Positions 55,801-64,000 of a stretch of DNA of 64,000 bases are shown here, piece by piece. Within the stretch, counting starts at the first letter, position 1. Each line of letters begins with the position of its first letter. The translations under genes and the position numbers were made by a program. The stretch is taken from assembly GCA_045600525.1 (NCBI GenBank), contig JAZRYC010000046.1, forward strand, positions 4,117-68,116, in the 5' to 3' direction. Under the pieces are notes generated by a model, which made no database searches, was not told where the DNA came from, and saw only the letters and a program-made list of their open reading frames with translations. This DNA comes from Bacteroidales bacterium (GTDB lineage: Bacteria > Bacteroidota > Bacteroidia > Bacteroidales > WCHB1-69).

Positions 55801-57471
55801 TTATTGCAGGTGTTTTCCTATGAGTCTGTAAGTTTTCATGCCGCCGATGAGGTTATAGACTTCGTCAAAACCCGACTGCATGAGAATGCGAGAGGCAATA
55901 TAGCCGCGTAGGCCGACTTCGCAGAAAACGATGGTTTTCTTTTCCGGGTCAATGTCTTCCAAAAATTCACGGAGCTCATCCACGGGGAAGTTTTCGGCAC
56001 CTTTGATTGTGTCTTTTTTGAATTCTTCAATGGCACGAACGTCAATGAGGTTGATATCTTCGTTATGGTCCAAGATGTCATCCAATTCATTGGCCTGGAT
56101 GGGGTTCATGAGGTGTGCGAAGATGTTTTCGGCCACCATGCCGGCGAACATCACAGGGCTTTTGGCAGAGCCAAAGGGCGGGGCGTAGGCGTGCTCGCTG
56201 TTCACAAGGTCGAAAATGGATCCCTGGTGTTTGAGTAGCAGGGAGATGATGTCGATTTGCTTATCCACGTTTTTTGTACCTACAGCCTGAGCGCCGAGAA
56301 TGAGTCCGGTTTCAGGGGAAAAATTGAGCTTTAGATGAATGGGGCTGCCTCCGGGATAGTACGTGGCATGGGCGGCGGGGTGTGTGATAATGGTTTGATA
56401 GGGAATGCCGGCTTTGTGAAGGGCATTTTCGTTCAAACCCGTACTGGCAGCGGTCAGTTGGAATATTTTGGCGATGGCGGTGGTGACGGATCCCTGGTAT
56501 TTCACACTTTCAGGGTAAACCATGTTCATGGCGGCGATACGGGCCTGTAGGTTGGCCGGTCCTGCGAGGAAATTGCAGTAGGGTTGGCCGGTAATGGGAT
56601 GTGGGAACTCAATGGCGTCGCCGACGGCGAAGATGCATTCGTCGGAGGTTTGAAGGTATTCGTTTACGCAGATACCCTTGGCTTCACCAATGGTCAGTCC
56701 GGCCGCTGCGGCCAACTGGGTGTTGGGGCGTACACCGATGCTGAGAATGGCAAGGTCGCAGGCCAGTTCGGAGTTGTCTTCAAGTTTTACGACGAGTTTG
56801 TCGTTGTTGCTTTGGAAGGCAGCCAGTCCATTATGGGTGATAACTTTTACCCCTTGTTCGATGAGGTGTTGTTGCACAATGGCGGCCATTGGCCAATCTA
56901 GTGGAGTAAGCACGTGCTCAGCCTTTTCCACGATAGTGACATGATATCCGATTTGATGCAGATTCTCTGCCATCTCCAGTCCGATGAAGCCGCCACCGAT
57001 GATGACGGCTTGGCTGTTGTTGCCTTTAATATCAGCGGCTTGTGCTTTGATACGGTCGCAGTCGTTGACATTGCGCAGGGTGAAAATATTGGGAAGACCG
57101 ATGCCTGGGACGGCTGGTATGATGGGTTCGGCACCGGGAGAGAGCAATAGGATGTCGTAGTTTTCCTCGTATTCTTTTCCGTTGCGCAGATTTTTCACAC
57201 TTACGGTCTTGCGGTCTCTGTTGATGGAGGTAACTTCGTTGAGGGTGCGTACGTCCGCGTCGTACCGATTACCGAAGGAAACAGGTGTCTGAACAAAGAG
57301 TTTCTTTCGCTCCTCAATGGTGTTTCCAATGTAATAGGGTAGGCCGCAGTTGGCATAGGAAATGTATTCGCCCTTTTCAAGGAGGACAATTTCTGCGTCC
57401 TCGTTCAGTCTTTTGAGTCTGGCTGCGGCTGAAGCCCCTCCGGCCACACCGCCAATGATAACGTATTTCAT
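55801..57471 (-). CDS. CoA-disulfide reductase / NADH oxidase-family flavoprotein with C-terminal rhodanese domain
   Basis: The 556-aa product has an FAD-binding motif (GGVAGGASAA), a redox Cys (SYANCGLPYY), a second dinucleotide fold (IIGGGFIGLE) and a rhodanese active-site loop (FCEVGLRG). Confidence 0.88.
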   Translation of the reverse strand: MKYVIIGGVAGGASAAARLKRLNEDAEIVLLEKGEYISYANCGLPYYIGNTIEERKKLFVQTPVSFGNRYDADVRTLNEVTSINRDRKTVSVKNLRNGKEYEENYDILLLSPGAEPIIPAVPGIGLPNIFTLRNVNDCDRIKAQAADIKGNNSQAVIIGGGFIGLEMAENLHQIGYHVTIVEKAEHVLTPLDWPMAAIVQQHLIEQGVKVITHNGLAAFQSNNDKLVVKLEDNSELACDLAILSIGVRPNTQLAAAAGLTIGEAKGICVNEYLQTSDECIFAVGDAIEFPHPITGQPYCNFLAGPANLQARIAAMNMVYPESVKYQGSVTTAIAKIFQLTAASTGLNENALHKAGIPYQTIITHPAAHATYYPGGSPIHLKLNFSPETGLILGAQAVGTKNVDKQIDIISLLLKHQGSIFDLVNSEHAYAPPFGSAKSPVMFAGMVAENIFAHLMNPIQANELDDILDHNEDINLIDVRAIEEFKKDTIKGAENFPVDELREFLEDIDPEKKTIVFCEVGLRGYIASRILMQSGFDEVYNLIGGMKTYRLIGKHLQ

Positions 57472-57493
57472 ATTTAAGGATGTTTTAGGTCGG

Positions 57494-57501
57494 CAAAAAT
57501 A
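57494..57501 (-). promoter_or_regulatory. -7 box for the CoA-disulfide reductase gene
   Basis: The minus strand reads TATTTTTGCCGAC, 23 nt before the ATG. Confidence 0.5.
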
Positions 57502-57546
57502 CGAATTTGTATTTGTTGAATAATACCCTCCTGCGGAAATTTTGTG

Positions 57547-57554
57547 TATGTTTG
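57547..57554 (+). promoter_or_regulatory. -7 box for nif3
   Basis: TATGTTTGCAC, 22 nt before the ATG at 57576. Confidence 0.45.
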
Positions 57555-57575
57555 CACTTCATTAAAAATGAGATT

Positions 57576-58367
57576 ATGAAAATCAAGGAAGTAACAACTT
57601 TATTGGAAAATAGTTTTCCGTTGGAACTACAGGAGGATTTTGATAACTGTGGCGTACAATGTGGGGATGTGGAACAAGAAATCACAGGAGCCCTGGTTTG
57701 TTTTGAAATGTCGGAAAGGGTTATTGATGAGGCTTTGTCGCAGCATGCCAATTTGGTGATATCCCATCATCCACTAATGCTGAAGAGGGGGATTTGCAAA
57801 ATCGAGCCGACAAACAGGGTGGGTAAGGTGATTTGTAAGGCGCTCGCAAACAATATGGTGCTTTATTCCATGCATACCAATGTGGATAGTGGGGAAGGGG
57901 GCGGAAACGATGCTTTTGCCGAAAAGCTCGGACTGCACGATGTCCGTGTTTTGGTTCCCAGTGCGAATTTGGATCCACAACGAAACGGACTCGGCCGCAT
58001 TGGTCTGTTGCCAAAACCGATGCCAGTCCAAGAATTTCTTTGCTATATAAAGGAAAAAATGAGTTTGCAGGTGGTGCGTTATTATGTCCGAACGGAGCGG
58101 ATGATTGAGCGGGTTGCTGTTTGCGGCGGTGGCGGCGCTTCTTTTATTGATGATGCCGTAGCGGCGGGCGCAGACGCGTATGTTTCTGGTGATATTAAGT
58201 ATCATGACTTCTTCAAAGCGGAGGACCACATGCTGGTAGCTGATATCGGCCATTATGAAGGTGAATACTTTATTAAGGAAATTATTTATAAGGTACTTAA
58301 AGAAAATTTTACTACTTTTGCCGCCTCAATTTCTAAAATGGATAATTTAGAAGTTCTATATATTTAA
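57576..58367 (+). CDS. Nif3-like dinuclear metal centre protein (GTP cyclohydrolase 1 type 2 family)
   Basis: The product begins MKIKEVTTLLENSFPLELQEDFDNCGVQ and contains ISHHP, MHTNVD and GHYE. I moved the start to the ATG at 57576, downstream of the -7 box at 57547..57554. Confidence 0.88.
   Translation: MKIKEVTTLLENSFPLELQEDFDNCGVQCGDVEQEITGALVCFEMSERVIDEALSQHANLVISHHPLMLKRGICKIEPTNRVGKVICKALANNMVLYSMHTNVDSGEGGGNDAFAEKLGLHDVRVLVPSANLDPQRNGLGRIGLLPKPMPVQEFLCYIKEKMSLQVVRYYVRTERMIERVAVCGGGGASFIDDAVAAGADAYVSGDIKYHDFFKAEDHMLVADIGHYEGEYFIKEIIYKVLKENFTTFAASISKMDNLEVLYI
58313..58320 (+). promoter_or_regulatory. -7 box for the DUF164 gene (inside the nif3 3' end)
   Basis: TACTTTTGCCGCC. Confidence 0.4.
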
Positions 58368-58397
58368 ATATTTGATAATCAAGTAATTGAAAATATT

Positions 58398-59411
58398 ATG
58401 CCGAGAAAAAAAGTCACCGAAGAAGAGATTGCTGAACAAGTAGAAGAAACCGCAGCTCCAAAAGAAACGAAAAAATCATGCAAGGCCGCAAAGTCTGAGA
58501 AGGTTGAAAATGAGGAAAAGGTTAGTGCGAAGAAGGCTCCTTCCAAGAAAGAAGAGAAAGAGGCTCAGCCATCTGTTGTTTTGGATGATGACGTAAAGGT
58601 GGAAAAGACTTCCGATGGCGTCATTGAGGTTAAGAAGCTTGAATCTAATCAGACGAATGCCGAGGAGATTTCCATTGAACAGAAATTGCTTTCTTTGTAT
58701 AACCTGCAACAAATATGTACAAAGATAGATGATATCCGTATGATTCGCGGTGAGCTTCCTGAAGAAATTCGCGACAATGAAGATGAATGTGAAGGAAAGC
58801 GCACGAGAATTGCGAAATTCAACGATGAAATCACCAATTTGAAGTTGAAGATTTCTGCAGAAGGTACCAAAAAAGAAGAGGCTATTGCTTCTATTAAGAA
58901 ATATGAGGAACAGCAGAACAACGTTCGCAACAATCGTGAGTATGAATCCTTAAGCAAGGAAATAGAGTATCAGAATCTGGAAATACAGGTTTCAGAAAAG
59001 CATAAGGCCAAATACGAAGCCGAAATTGTAGATAAGGAGGCGTTGATTGCCGAAACACAGGTTAAGTTGGACGAGTTGGAGGAAGTGTTGAAACAGAAGA
59101 AGGCCGAGTTGGAAGTCATCGTTGCTGATACGGAAAAAGAGGAGATTGAATTGTTGGCACAGGCAGATGCGTTGAAGGCCAAAGTTGACCAGCGTCTCCT
59201 CACTGCTTTTGAAAGAATCCGTAAAAGTGCGCACAATGGTTTGGCTATCGTTAAAATCGAGCGTGATGCCTGTGGTGGTTGTTTCAGTAAGATTCCGCCG
59301 CAACGCCAATTGGATATTGCCCTTCACAAGAAGATTATTGTTTGTGAGGCTTGTGGACGTATCTTCATTGACGACAAATTGGTGCACAGCCAAGAACAGG
59401 AAGAGAACTAA
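58398..59411 (+). CDS. C4-type zinc-ribbon/coiled-coil protein (DUF164 family) with a K/E-rich N-terminal extension
   Basis: The 337-aa product has a long coiled coil and a terminal ACGGCFSKIPPQ...VCEACGRIF. It sits immediately downstream of nif3, a widely conserved gene pair. Confidence 0.8.
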   Translation: MPRKKVTEEEIAEQVEETAAPKETKKSCKAAKSEKVENEEKVSAKKAPSKKEEKEAQPSVVLDDDVKVEKTSDGVIEVKKLESNQTNAEEISIEQKLLSLYNLQQICTKIDDIRMIRGELPEEIRDNEDECEGKRTRIAKFNDEITNLKLKISAEGTKKEEAIASIKKYEEQQNNVRNNREYESLSKEIEYQNLEIQVSEKHKAKYEAEIVDKEALIAETQVKLDELEEVLKQKKAELEVIVADTEKEEIELLAQADALKAKVDQRLLTAFERIRKSAHNGLAIVKIERDACGGCFSKIPPQRQLDIALHKKIIVCEACGRIFIDDKLVHSQEQEEN

Positions 59412-59434
59412 AATACAAATTGTGGATAAAAAAT

Positions 59435-59462
59435 AAAGGGACTTTTGCAAAAAAGTCCCTTT
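59435..59462. terminator. Bidirectional terminator between convergent genes
   Basis: AAAGGGACTTTT-gcaa-AAAAGTCCCTTT has A/T-rich flanks on both sides. Confidence 0.65.
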
Positions 59463-59466
59463 ATTT

Positions 59467-60207
59467 TTATAATTGATTCTCGCCTCGGAGGATGTCTGCA
59501 ATGTGAATGATTTCAATGCCGACGTTATGCGCTTCCTTGTAGGCATCCAAATGCTGTAGGCAGTGTATATCGGTGGAGGTGATGTATTCCGCGCCCAGTT
59601 CATAGACTTTGGAAATAATTTCACCAGCCATGGCTTCTGCTGTTTGGGGATTTGCTGTAGCAAAACGTCCGTTGGCGGCGCAGCATCCCTGAATGCTGTT
59701 GTCTGTCAGCAGTTCCAATCCCTGGGTGTTTTGCAGGAGGATTTCCGGAGCATCATTATCAGGGTAAAGGTTTCTGGCGGCGCAGGACTTAAAATAAAAT
59801 ACGCGGTGGTTGAACTGATTGCCCAAAGATGTGATTTTCCGGATATTGACGATATAGTCGCACAATTCCCAAATATTTTGGGTGAAGGTTTTCAGTTGGT
59901 TGGGCGGATAGGCGTTTTCCAACAGTTGGCGGAAATATTTCTTCATATATCCGGCACAGTTGCAGTCGGGAACCACAAAGGGAAGCCGATAGTCGTAACA
60001 TTCTAATATCTGTACGCCCAGTTCTTTGGCATAGGCAATATCGCCCTGCATATAGAAACGTTGTCCGCAACAGGTCTGTTCTTCAAAATATTGGCAACGA
60101 TCACCAATCCGTTCCAACACCGTGCGCACGCTGTAGGCGGTATTGGGTTGGAACATATCCATATGACAGGGTATGTATAGGTTGACGATTTTCGGTGTTT
60201 CTGCCAT
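59467..60207 (-). CDS. (Fe-S)-binding CCG-domain protein, LutA/GlpC/HdrB-like
   Basis: The 246-aa product has two Cys-rich CCG-type motifs (YIPCHMD...QTCCGQ and FKSCAA...QGCCAANG). It lies 14 nt downstream of nrdJ on the same strand. No lutB or lutC is in the window. Confidence 0.75.
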   Translation of the reverse strand: MAETPKIVNLYIPCHMDMFQPNTAYSVRTVLERIGDRCQYFEEQTCCGQRFYMQGDIAYAKELGVQILECYDYRLPFVVPDCNCAGYMKKYFRQLLENAYPPNQLKTFTQNIWELCDYIVNIRKITSLGNQFNHRVFYFKSCAARNLYPDNDAPEILLQNTQGLELLTDNSIQGCCAANGRFATANPQTAEAMAGEIISKVYELGAEYITSTDIHCLQHLDAYKEAHNVGIEIIHIADILRGENQL

Positions 60208-60221
60208 AATTCGGGAGAAGA

Positions 60222-62960
60222 TTAGTTACCACACTTGGAATAGCCGCATTTTGTACAGACCAAGCAGCCTTCTTTGAATTCCATCGTATCCATTTCGTGG
60301 CAGTTCGGGCATTCCTGTCCTTTTTGTTTGGTGCCGTCTTGAATGAATTTCTTAAGCGCGCGGCATACGCCGTTACGCCAAGAATTGATGCTTTCCTGAC
60401 GGAAGTTCAAGCTGGAGATAATGTTTACGATATTATTAACGGGAATACCGTTTCGTAGCAGGCCAGAGGTCAATTTGGCATAGTTCCAGAATTCTTGGTC
60501 AAAACAACGATCCAAACCGCAGAGTCTTACTTCGTAACCGGCTTTATCATAATATTTGAAGTCGTAGGATTTGGTCCCGTCTTCATTTCTGTTTTTGATG
60601 ATGATGCCGTGGTCCACCCATTTCGGAAGGAGGAAGCTTTCATCGCCCGTTTTTCCGGTGAAGATTTCGTAGGGGCGTCCCTCATAGATTCCGATGTAAG
60701 CCACCCAGTCCTCATTGTTGTTTTTGAAATGGATGACGTCGGCGTGCAGTTCTTTCGGACGTTTGAAATTCTTAGGTTGGGCAGGGGCTTCTTTGGCTTT
60801 TTCCTTTTTGTTAAGGGATTCCAAAACGCCGTTTCTGGAACCTTCTCTATAAACGGTCATACCTTTGCAGCCCACCTGCCATGCTTTCATATACAGGTCG
60901 GCAACGGTTTGTTCGGAGATATCTTCGGGCAGATTGCCGGTTACGGATATGGAATGGTCCACCCACTTTTGAACAGAACCTTGGAGTTCCACCTTTTTGA
61001 TGTAGTCTGTGTCAGCCGCGGTGGCTTTGTAATAGGGTGATTCCTTCACAAGGTTTTGGATTTCCTTGTCGTTCATGGAAGTCATCTGTTCGTAGGTGTA
61101 GCCTTTGGTTTCGGCCCAGGTTACAAATTTCTGGTGGAATACCATATATTCTTCAAAGCTGTCGCCCACCACGTCTTTGACAATGTTTTTCTTAATATTC
61201 ATGTCATTGGGATTGACCTTTCTTCTACGTTTGTAAACCACGTTGAAGGCGGGCTCAAGGCCAGAGGTTGTCTGGGTGCAGATGCTTACACTGCCGGTTG
61301 GGGCGATCGTGAGCAGGGCGATATTACGGCGGCCGTAGCGAACCATATCTTCGTATAGTTTCGGGTCAGCCTGTTGAATTCTTTGGATGAAAGGATTGTG
61401 TCCTTCCTTAATACAGCTGTATACAGGGAAGGCACCACGTTCTTTGGCCATGGTAACGGAGGAACGATAGGCGGCAAGGGCCAGTTGTTTGTGGACTTCA
61501 GTGGAGAATGCGTTGCCTTCGTCAGAACCATAGCGGATGTTCAGGGCAGCAAGCATATCACCTTCTGCGGTGATTCCTAAGCCGGTACGGCGGCCCTTGG
61601 TTGACTGTCTGCGGATCTTCAGCCAAAGCTCCCTTTCCACGCGTTTGATGTCATCGCTTTCAGGGTCGCTTTCAATTTTTGCCAATATTTGATCTACCTT
61701 TTCCAGTTCCAAGTCGATGAGGTCGTCCATAAGCCTTTGGGCATATTGTACATGCTCTTTGAATTTGGGCATGTTGAAGCGTGCGTTCTCGGTAAATGGA
61801 TTTTCCACATAGCTGTATAGGTTCAGTGCGATCAGTCGGCAACTGTCGTATGGGCAGAGAGGAATTTCACCACAGGGATTTGTGGAAACCGTTTCAAAAC
61901 CCTCGTCCTTATAGCAGTCTGGCACGGATTCGCGACGGATGGTATCCCAGAACAAGATGCCGGGTTCGGCGGATTTCCATGCGTTATGAATAATCTTCTT
62001 CCAAAGTTTGTCGGCATCAATTTCCTGAGTAAACTGAGGATTGGCGGAGTTGATAGGGTATTGCTGAACATACGGAGTGGCATTTTGGGCGCACCGCATG
62101 AAGTCATCGTCTATTTTGACGGAAACGTTGGCTCCGGTCACCTTGCCCTCAGTCATTTTGGCATCAATGAACTTTTCTGAATCGGGATGCTTGATGGAGA
62201 TTGACAGCATCAAGGCACCGCGTCGGCCGTCCTGTGCCACTTCGCGGGTGGAGTTGGAATAGCGTTCCATAAAGGGAACGACGCCGGTAGAACTTAATGC
62301 ACAGTTTTGAACGTGGCTTCCCGTAGGACGAATGTCGGAAAGATCATGTCCGACGCCGCCGCGACGTTTCATTAGCTGAACTTGTTCTTCGTCCATCTTC
62401 ATGATGCCGCCGTATGAATCGGAATTGCCGTCGTTGCCGATTACAAAGCAGTTGGAAAGGGATACGATTTGATCCCGATTGCCAATGCCGGCCATCGGAC
62501 TTCCCTGAGGAATGATATACTTGAACTTGTCTAAGAGAGAGAAAATAAGATCTTCGCTCATAGGATGAACGTATCTTTTCTCAATGCGGGCGAATTCGCT
62601 GGCCAAACGGTGGTGCATGTCCACAGGCGTACGCTCTAAGATATTTCCATTCTTGTCTTTAAGCGCATACTTGTCAATCCATACGCCGGCAGCTAATTCA
62701 TCACCGCCGAAGTACTTGACGTTATCTTGGAAAATTTCCTGTTTAGTATAAATTTTTCGAGTGGATTCTGAAGGAATGTTTTTTTGTTCAGGCATGGGAC
62801 TACTTTCAATTTGATGGTTCTGCTCCATATCCAGTTTCGAAAGTTGCTGCATATTCTGCTCTCGCGAGTGAATAAGTTCTGCCGCATGGCTGGCAACAGT
62901 TGCTTCTTCCACTAAATTTGTCTCTTCTTCAAAGGCGAAAAGGGATAAATCTTTATTCAT
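60222..62960 (-). CDS. nrdJ: Adenosylcobalamin-dependent (class II) ribonucleotide reductase
   Basis: The 912-aa product has the RNR barrel motif STNPCGEIPL and no ATP-cone. Its N-terminal extension of about 70 aa is low-complexity. The C-terminal Cys-rich tail is CPNCHEMDTMEFKEGCLVCTKCGYSKCGN. Confidence 0.9.
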   Translation of the reverse strand: MNKDLSLFAFEEETNLVEEATVASHAAELIHSREQNMQQLSKLDMEQNHQIESSPMPEQKNIPSESTRKIYTKQEIFQDNVKYFGGDELAAGVWIDKYALKDKNGNILERTPVDMHHRLASEFARIEKRYVHPMSEDLIFSLLDKFKYIIPQGSPMAGIGNRDQIVSLSNCFVIGNDGNSDSYGGIMKMDEEQVQLMKRRGGVGHDLSDIRPTGSHVQNCALSSTGVVPFMERYSNSTREVAQDGRRGALMLSISIKHPDSEKFIDAKMTEGKVTGANVSVKIDDDFMRCAQNATPYVQQYPINSANPQFTQEIDADKLWKKIIHNAWKSAEPGILFWDTIRRESVPDCYKDEGFETVSTNPCGEIPLCPYDSCRLIALNLYSYVENPFTENARFNMPKFKEHVQYAQRLMDDLIDLELEKVDQILAKIESDPESDDIKRVERELWLKIRRQSTKGRRTGLGITAEGDMLAALNIRYGSDEGNAFSTEVHKQLALAAYRSSVTMAKERGAFPVYSCIKEGHNPFIQRIQQADPKLYEDMVRYGRRNIALLTIAPTGSVSICTQTTSGLEPAFNVVYKRRRKVNPNDMNIKKNIVKDVVGDSFEEYMVFHQKFVTWAETKGYTYEQMTSMNDKEIQNLVKESPYYKATAADTDYIKKVELQGSVQKWVDHSISVTGNLPEDISEQTVADLYMKAWQVGCKGMTVYREGSRNGVLESLNKKEKAKEAPAQPKNFKRPKELHADVIHFKNNNEDWVAYIGIYEGRPYEIFTGKTGDESFLLPKWVDHGIIIKNRNEDGTKSYDFKYYDKAGYEVRLCGLDRCFDQEFWNYAKLTSGLLRNGIPVNNIVNIISSLNFRQESINSWRNGVCRALKKFIQDGTKQKGQECPNCHEMDTMEFKEGCLVCTKCGYSKCGN

Positions 62961-63077
62961 AAACAGATCTTACTTTATAATGGTTTGCGAATAATTTTTT
63001 CTTCTTGGCAATTTTTCCCAAAATGTTAAAGCTATCACGAAGCGAAATGAATAAATAGTTTGATATAGAAGTGGTTG

Positions 63078-63085
63078 CAAAAATA
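63078..63085 (-). promoter_or_regulatory. -7 box for nrdJ
   Basis: The minus strand reads TATTTTTGCAACC. The implied leader is about 110 nt. Confidence 0.45.
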
Positions 63086-63265
63086 TTTCGACTCCGGAAA
63101 CGAGTTTGCTAAAATAGGAAATTGGTATTATATACGATGGTTTGGAAGGCAGTATAATATTAACAAAATGTGTTAATATTTTTCTGTTCGGCTTCCAGAT
63201 TTCGTGCATACAAGTGTTGGTCGGCAATTGCGGATTCTCTATCCGTAGAAACATAGTTTTAAGTA

Positions 63266-63297
63266 CAAAAAAAGGGAAGAATTTTTGTTCTTCCCTA
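63266..63297 (-). terminator. Rho-independent terminator after fabD
   Basis: The minus strand reads AGGGAAGAA-caaaaa-TTCTTCCCT followed by TTTTTTT. Confidence 0.7.
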
Positions 63298-63361
63298 ATG
63301 TTTTATCGAAAAAAAATATAAGCAAAACCAGATGGAAATTTTGTATGAGTTGAATTGAAAG

Positions 63362-64000
63362 TTACGTCGTGGGTGTGGATGGTGAGGGCGTGGGAAGTAT
63401 TCTTTTCAACAGGTTGTGCAAGGTTTCCCCCGGACCAAATTCAATGAAATCGTCAGCACCTGCTTCCGCCATGTTGAGAACGGTCTGCATCCAAAGAACA
63501 GGACTGGTGAGCTGCTTTAATAGGTTTTCCTGGATTTCCACCGGGTCTGAAGATGCTGTGGCTGTGACATTTTGATATATCGGACAAGTCGGTTTTTGGA
63601 AAGAACAATTTCTGATAGCTTCTGCCAATTCATCTTGTGCGGGTTGCATTAAAGGAGAATGAAAGGCACCACCGACTTTGAGCATGACCATCTTTCGGGC
63701 GCCCGCCTCTCTTAACTTCTCCATGGCGATGTCAAGTCCCTTCATGCTTCCCGAAATGACTAATTGCTGTGGGCTGTTGTAGTTGGCGGGAATGACGACT
63801 TCGTCAGTGATGGATGCGCATACCTGTTCGATGATTTCGTTCTCGAATTTTAGGATGACGGCCATTCCGGAAGGCTGCATTTCACAGGCGTGCTGCATGG
63901 CGTGGGCGCGTTTGGAAACCAAGATAAGAGCTTCTTCAAAAGAAAGGCACTCATTGATGGCAAGGGCAGTAAACTCTCCTAGGGAATGTCCTGCCACCAT
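63362..64000 (-). CDS. fabD: Malonyl-CoA:ACP transacylase (5' end outside the window)
   Basis: It has the active-site motif GHSLGEFTAL and ...GAFHSPLM. The ORF is open to the window edge. Confidence 0.92.
   Translation of the reverse strand: MVAGHSLGEFTALAINECLSFEEALILVSKRAHAMQHACEMQPSGMAVILKFENEIIEQVCASITDEVVIPANYNSPQQLVISGSMKGLDIAMEKLREAGARKMVMLKVGGAFHSPLMQPAQDELAEAIRNCSFQKPTCPIYQNVTATASSDPVEIQENLLKQLTSPVLWMQTVLNMAEAGADDFIEFGPGETLHNLLKRILPTPSPSTPTT

Noticed and set aside
59421-59429. A perfect DnaA box (TGTGGATAA) lies in the spacer between the DUF164 gene and the LutA-like gene.
   Set aside because: It is a single copy. About 0.5 perfect 9-mers are expected by chance in 64 kb on both strands. 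There is no cluster, no AT-rich unwinding element and no dnaA/dnaN context.
62961-63077. I looked for NrdR boxes or a riboswitch in the nrdJ leader, and for NrdR boxes near the nrdD promoter.
   Set aside because: I saw no tandem 16-bp palindromes resembling the NrdR consensus, and no known riboswitch core in the nrdJ leader. The 94-aa ORF at 62970..63254 is AT-rich nonsense spanning the promoter.

Overview
The window is a mostly housekeeping chromosomal segment that looks like Bacteroidota, probably Bacteroidales or Prevotella-like. The evidence for that assignment is the recurring TAnnTTTG -7 promoter boxes, a T9SS C-terminal sorting domain, FISUMP and Listeria/Bacteroides-repeat domains, and lipoprotein/signal-peptide styles. 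It cannot be confirmed without a database search.

I call 48 intact or edge-truncated CDS and one frameshifted gene. The supplied ORF track misses one of these, a TPR-like gene at 1..1039 on the minus strand. Confident core genes are serS, dnaG, mutS2, rpe, thyA, pgk, ribD, coaX, mntP, truA, alaS, guaB, nrdDG, nrdJ and fabD. Upstream promoter boxes let me shorten four over-extended track ORFs (rluB, rpe, mrp and nif3).

I found no rRNA, tRNA, CRISPR array, IS or transposase, integrase, or recognisable defence or toxin system. I do not see a clear multi-gene novel system.

The most unusual locus is a monocistronic 6.9-kb gene (44069..50941, minus strand). It encodes a 2290-aa secreted protein with an odd mosaic architecture:
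- signal peptide
- about 200 aa of glycine-rich domain
- a Listeria/Bacteroides repeat
- many Cys-framed beta-type modules
- two paralogous modules of about 200 aa
- an HYR-like module
- a C-terminal FISUMP domain

It has no T9SS tail or lipobox, and a thrice-repeated 11-12-nt motif surrounds its promoter.

Other points worth a second look:
- a cobalamin riboswitch in front of nrdDG, with a B12-dependent nrdJ 6.5 kb away
- nrdJ apparently co-transcribed with an orphan CCG-domain (LutA-like) Fe-S protein
- a frameshifted T9SS-cargo gene
- a perfect 40-nt palindrome forming a back-to-back promoter pair
- four convergent gene pairs with 1 nt or less between their stop codons
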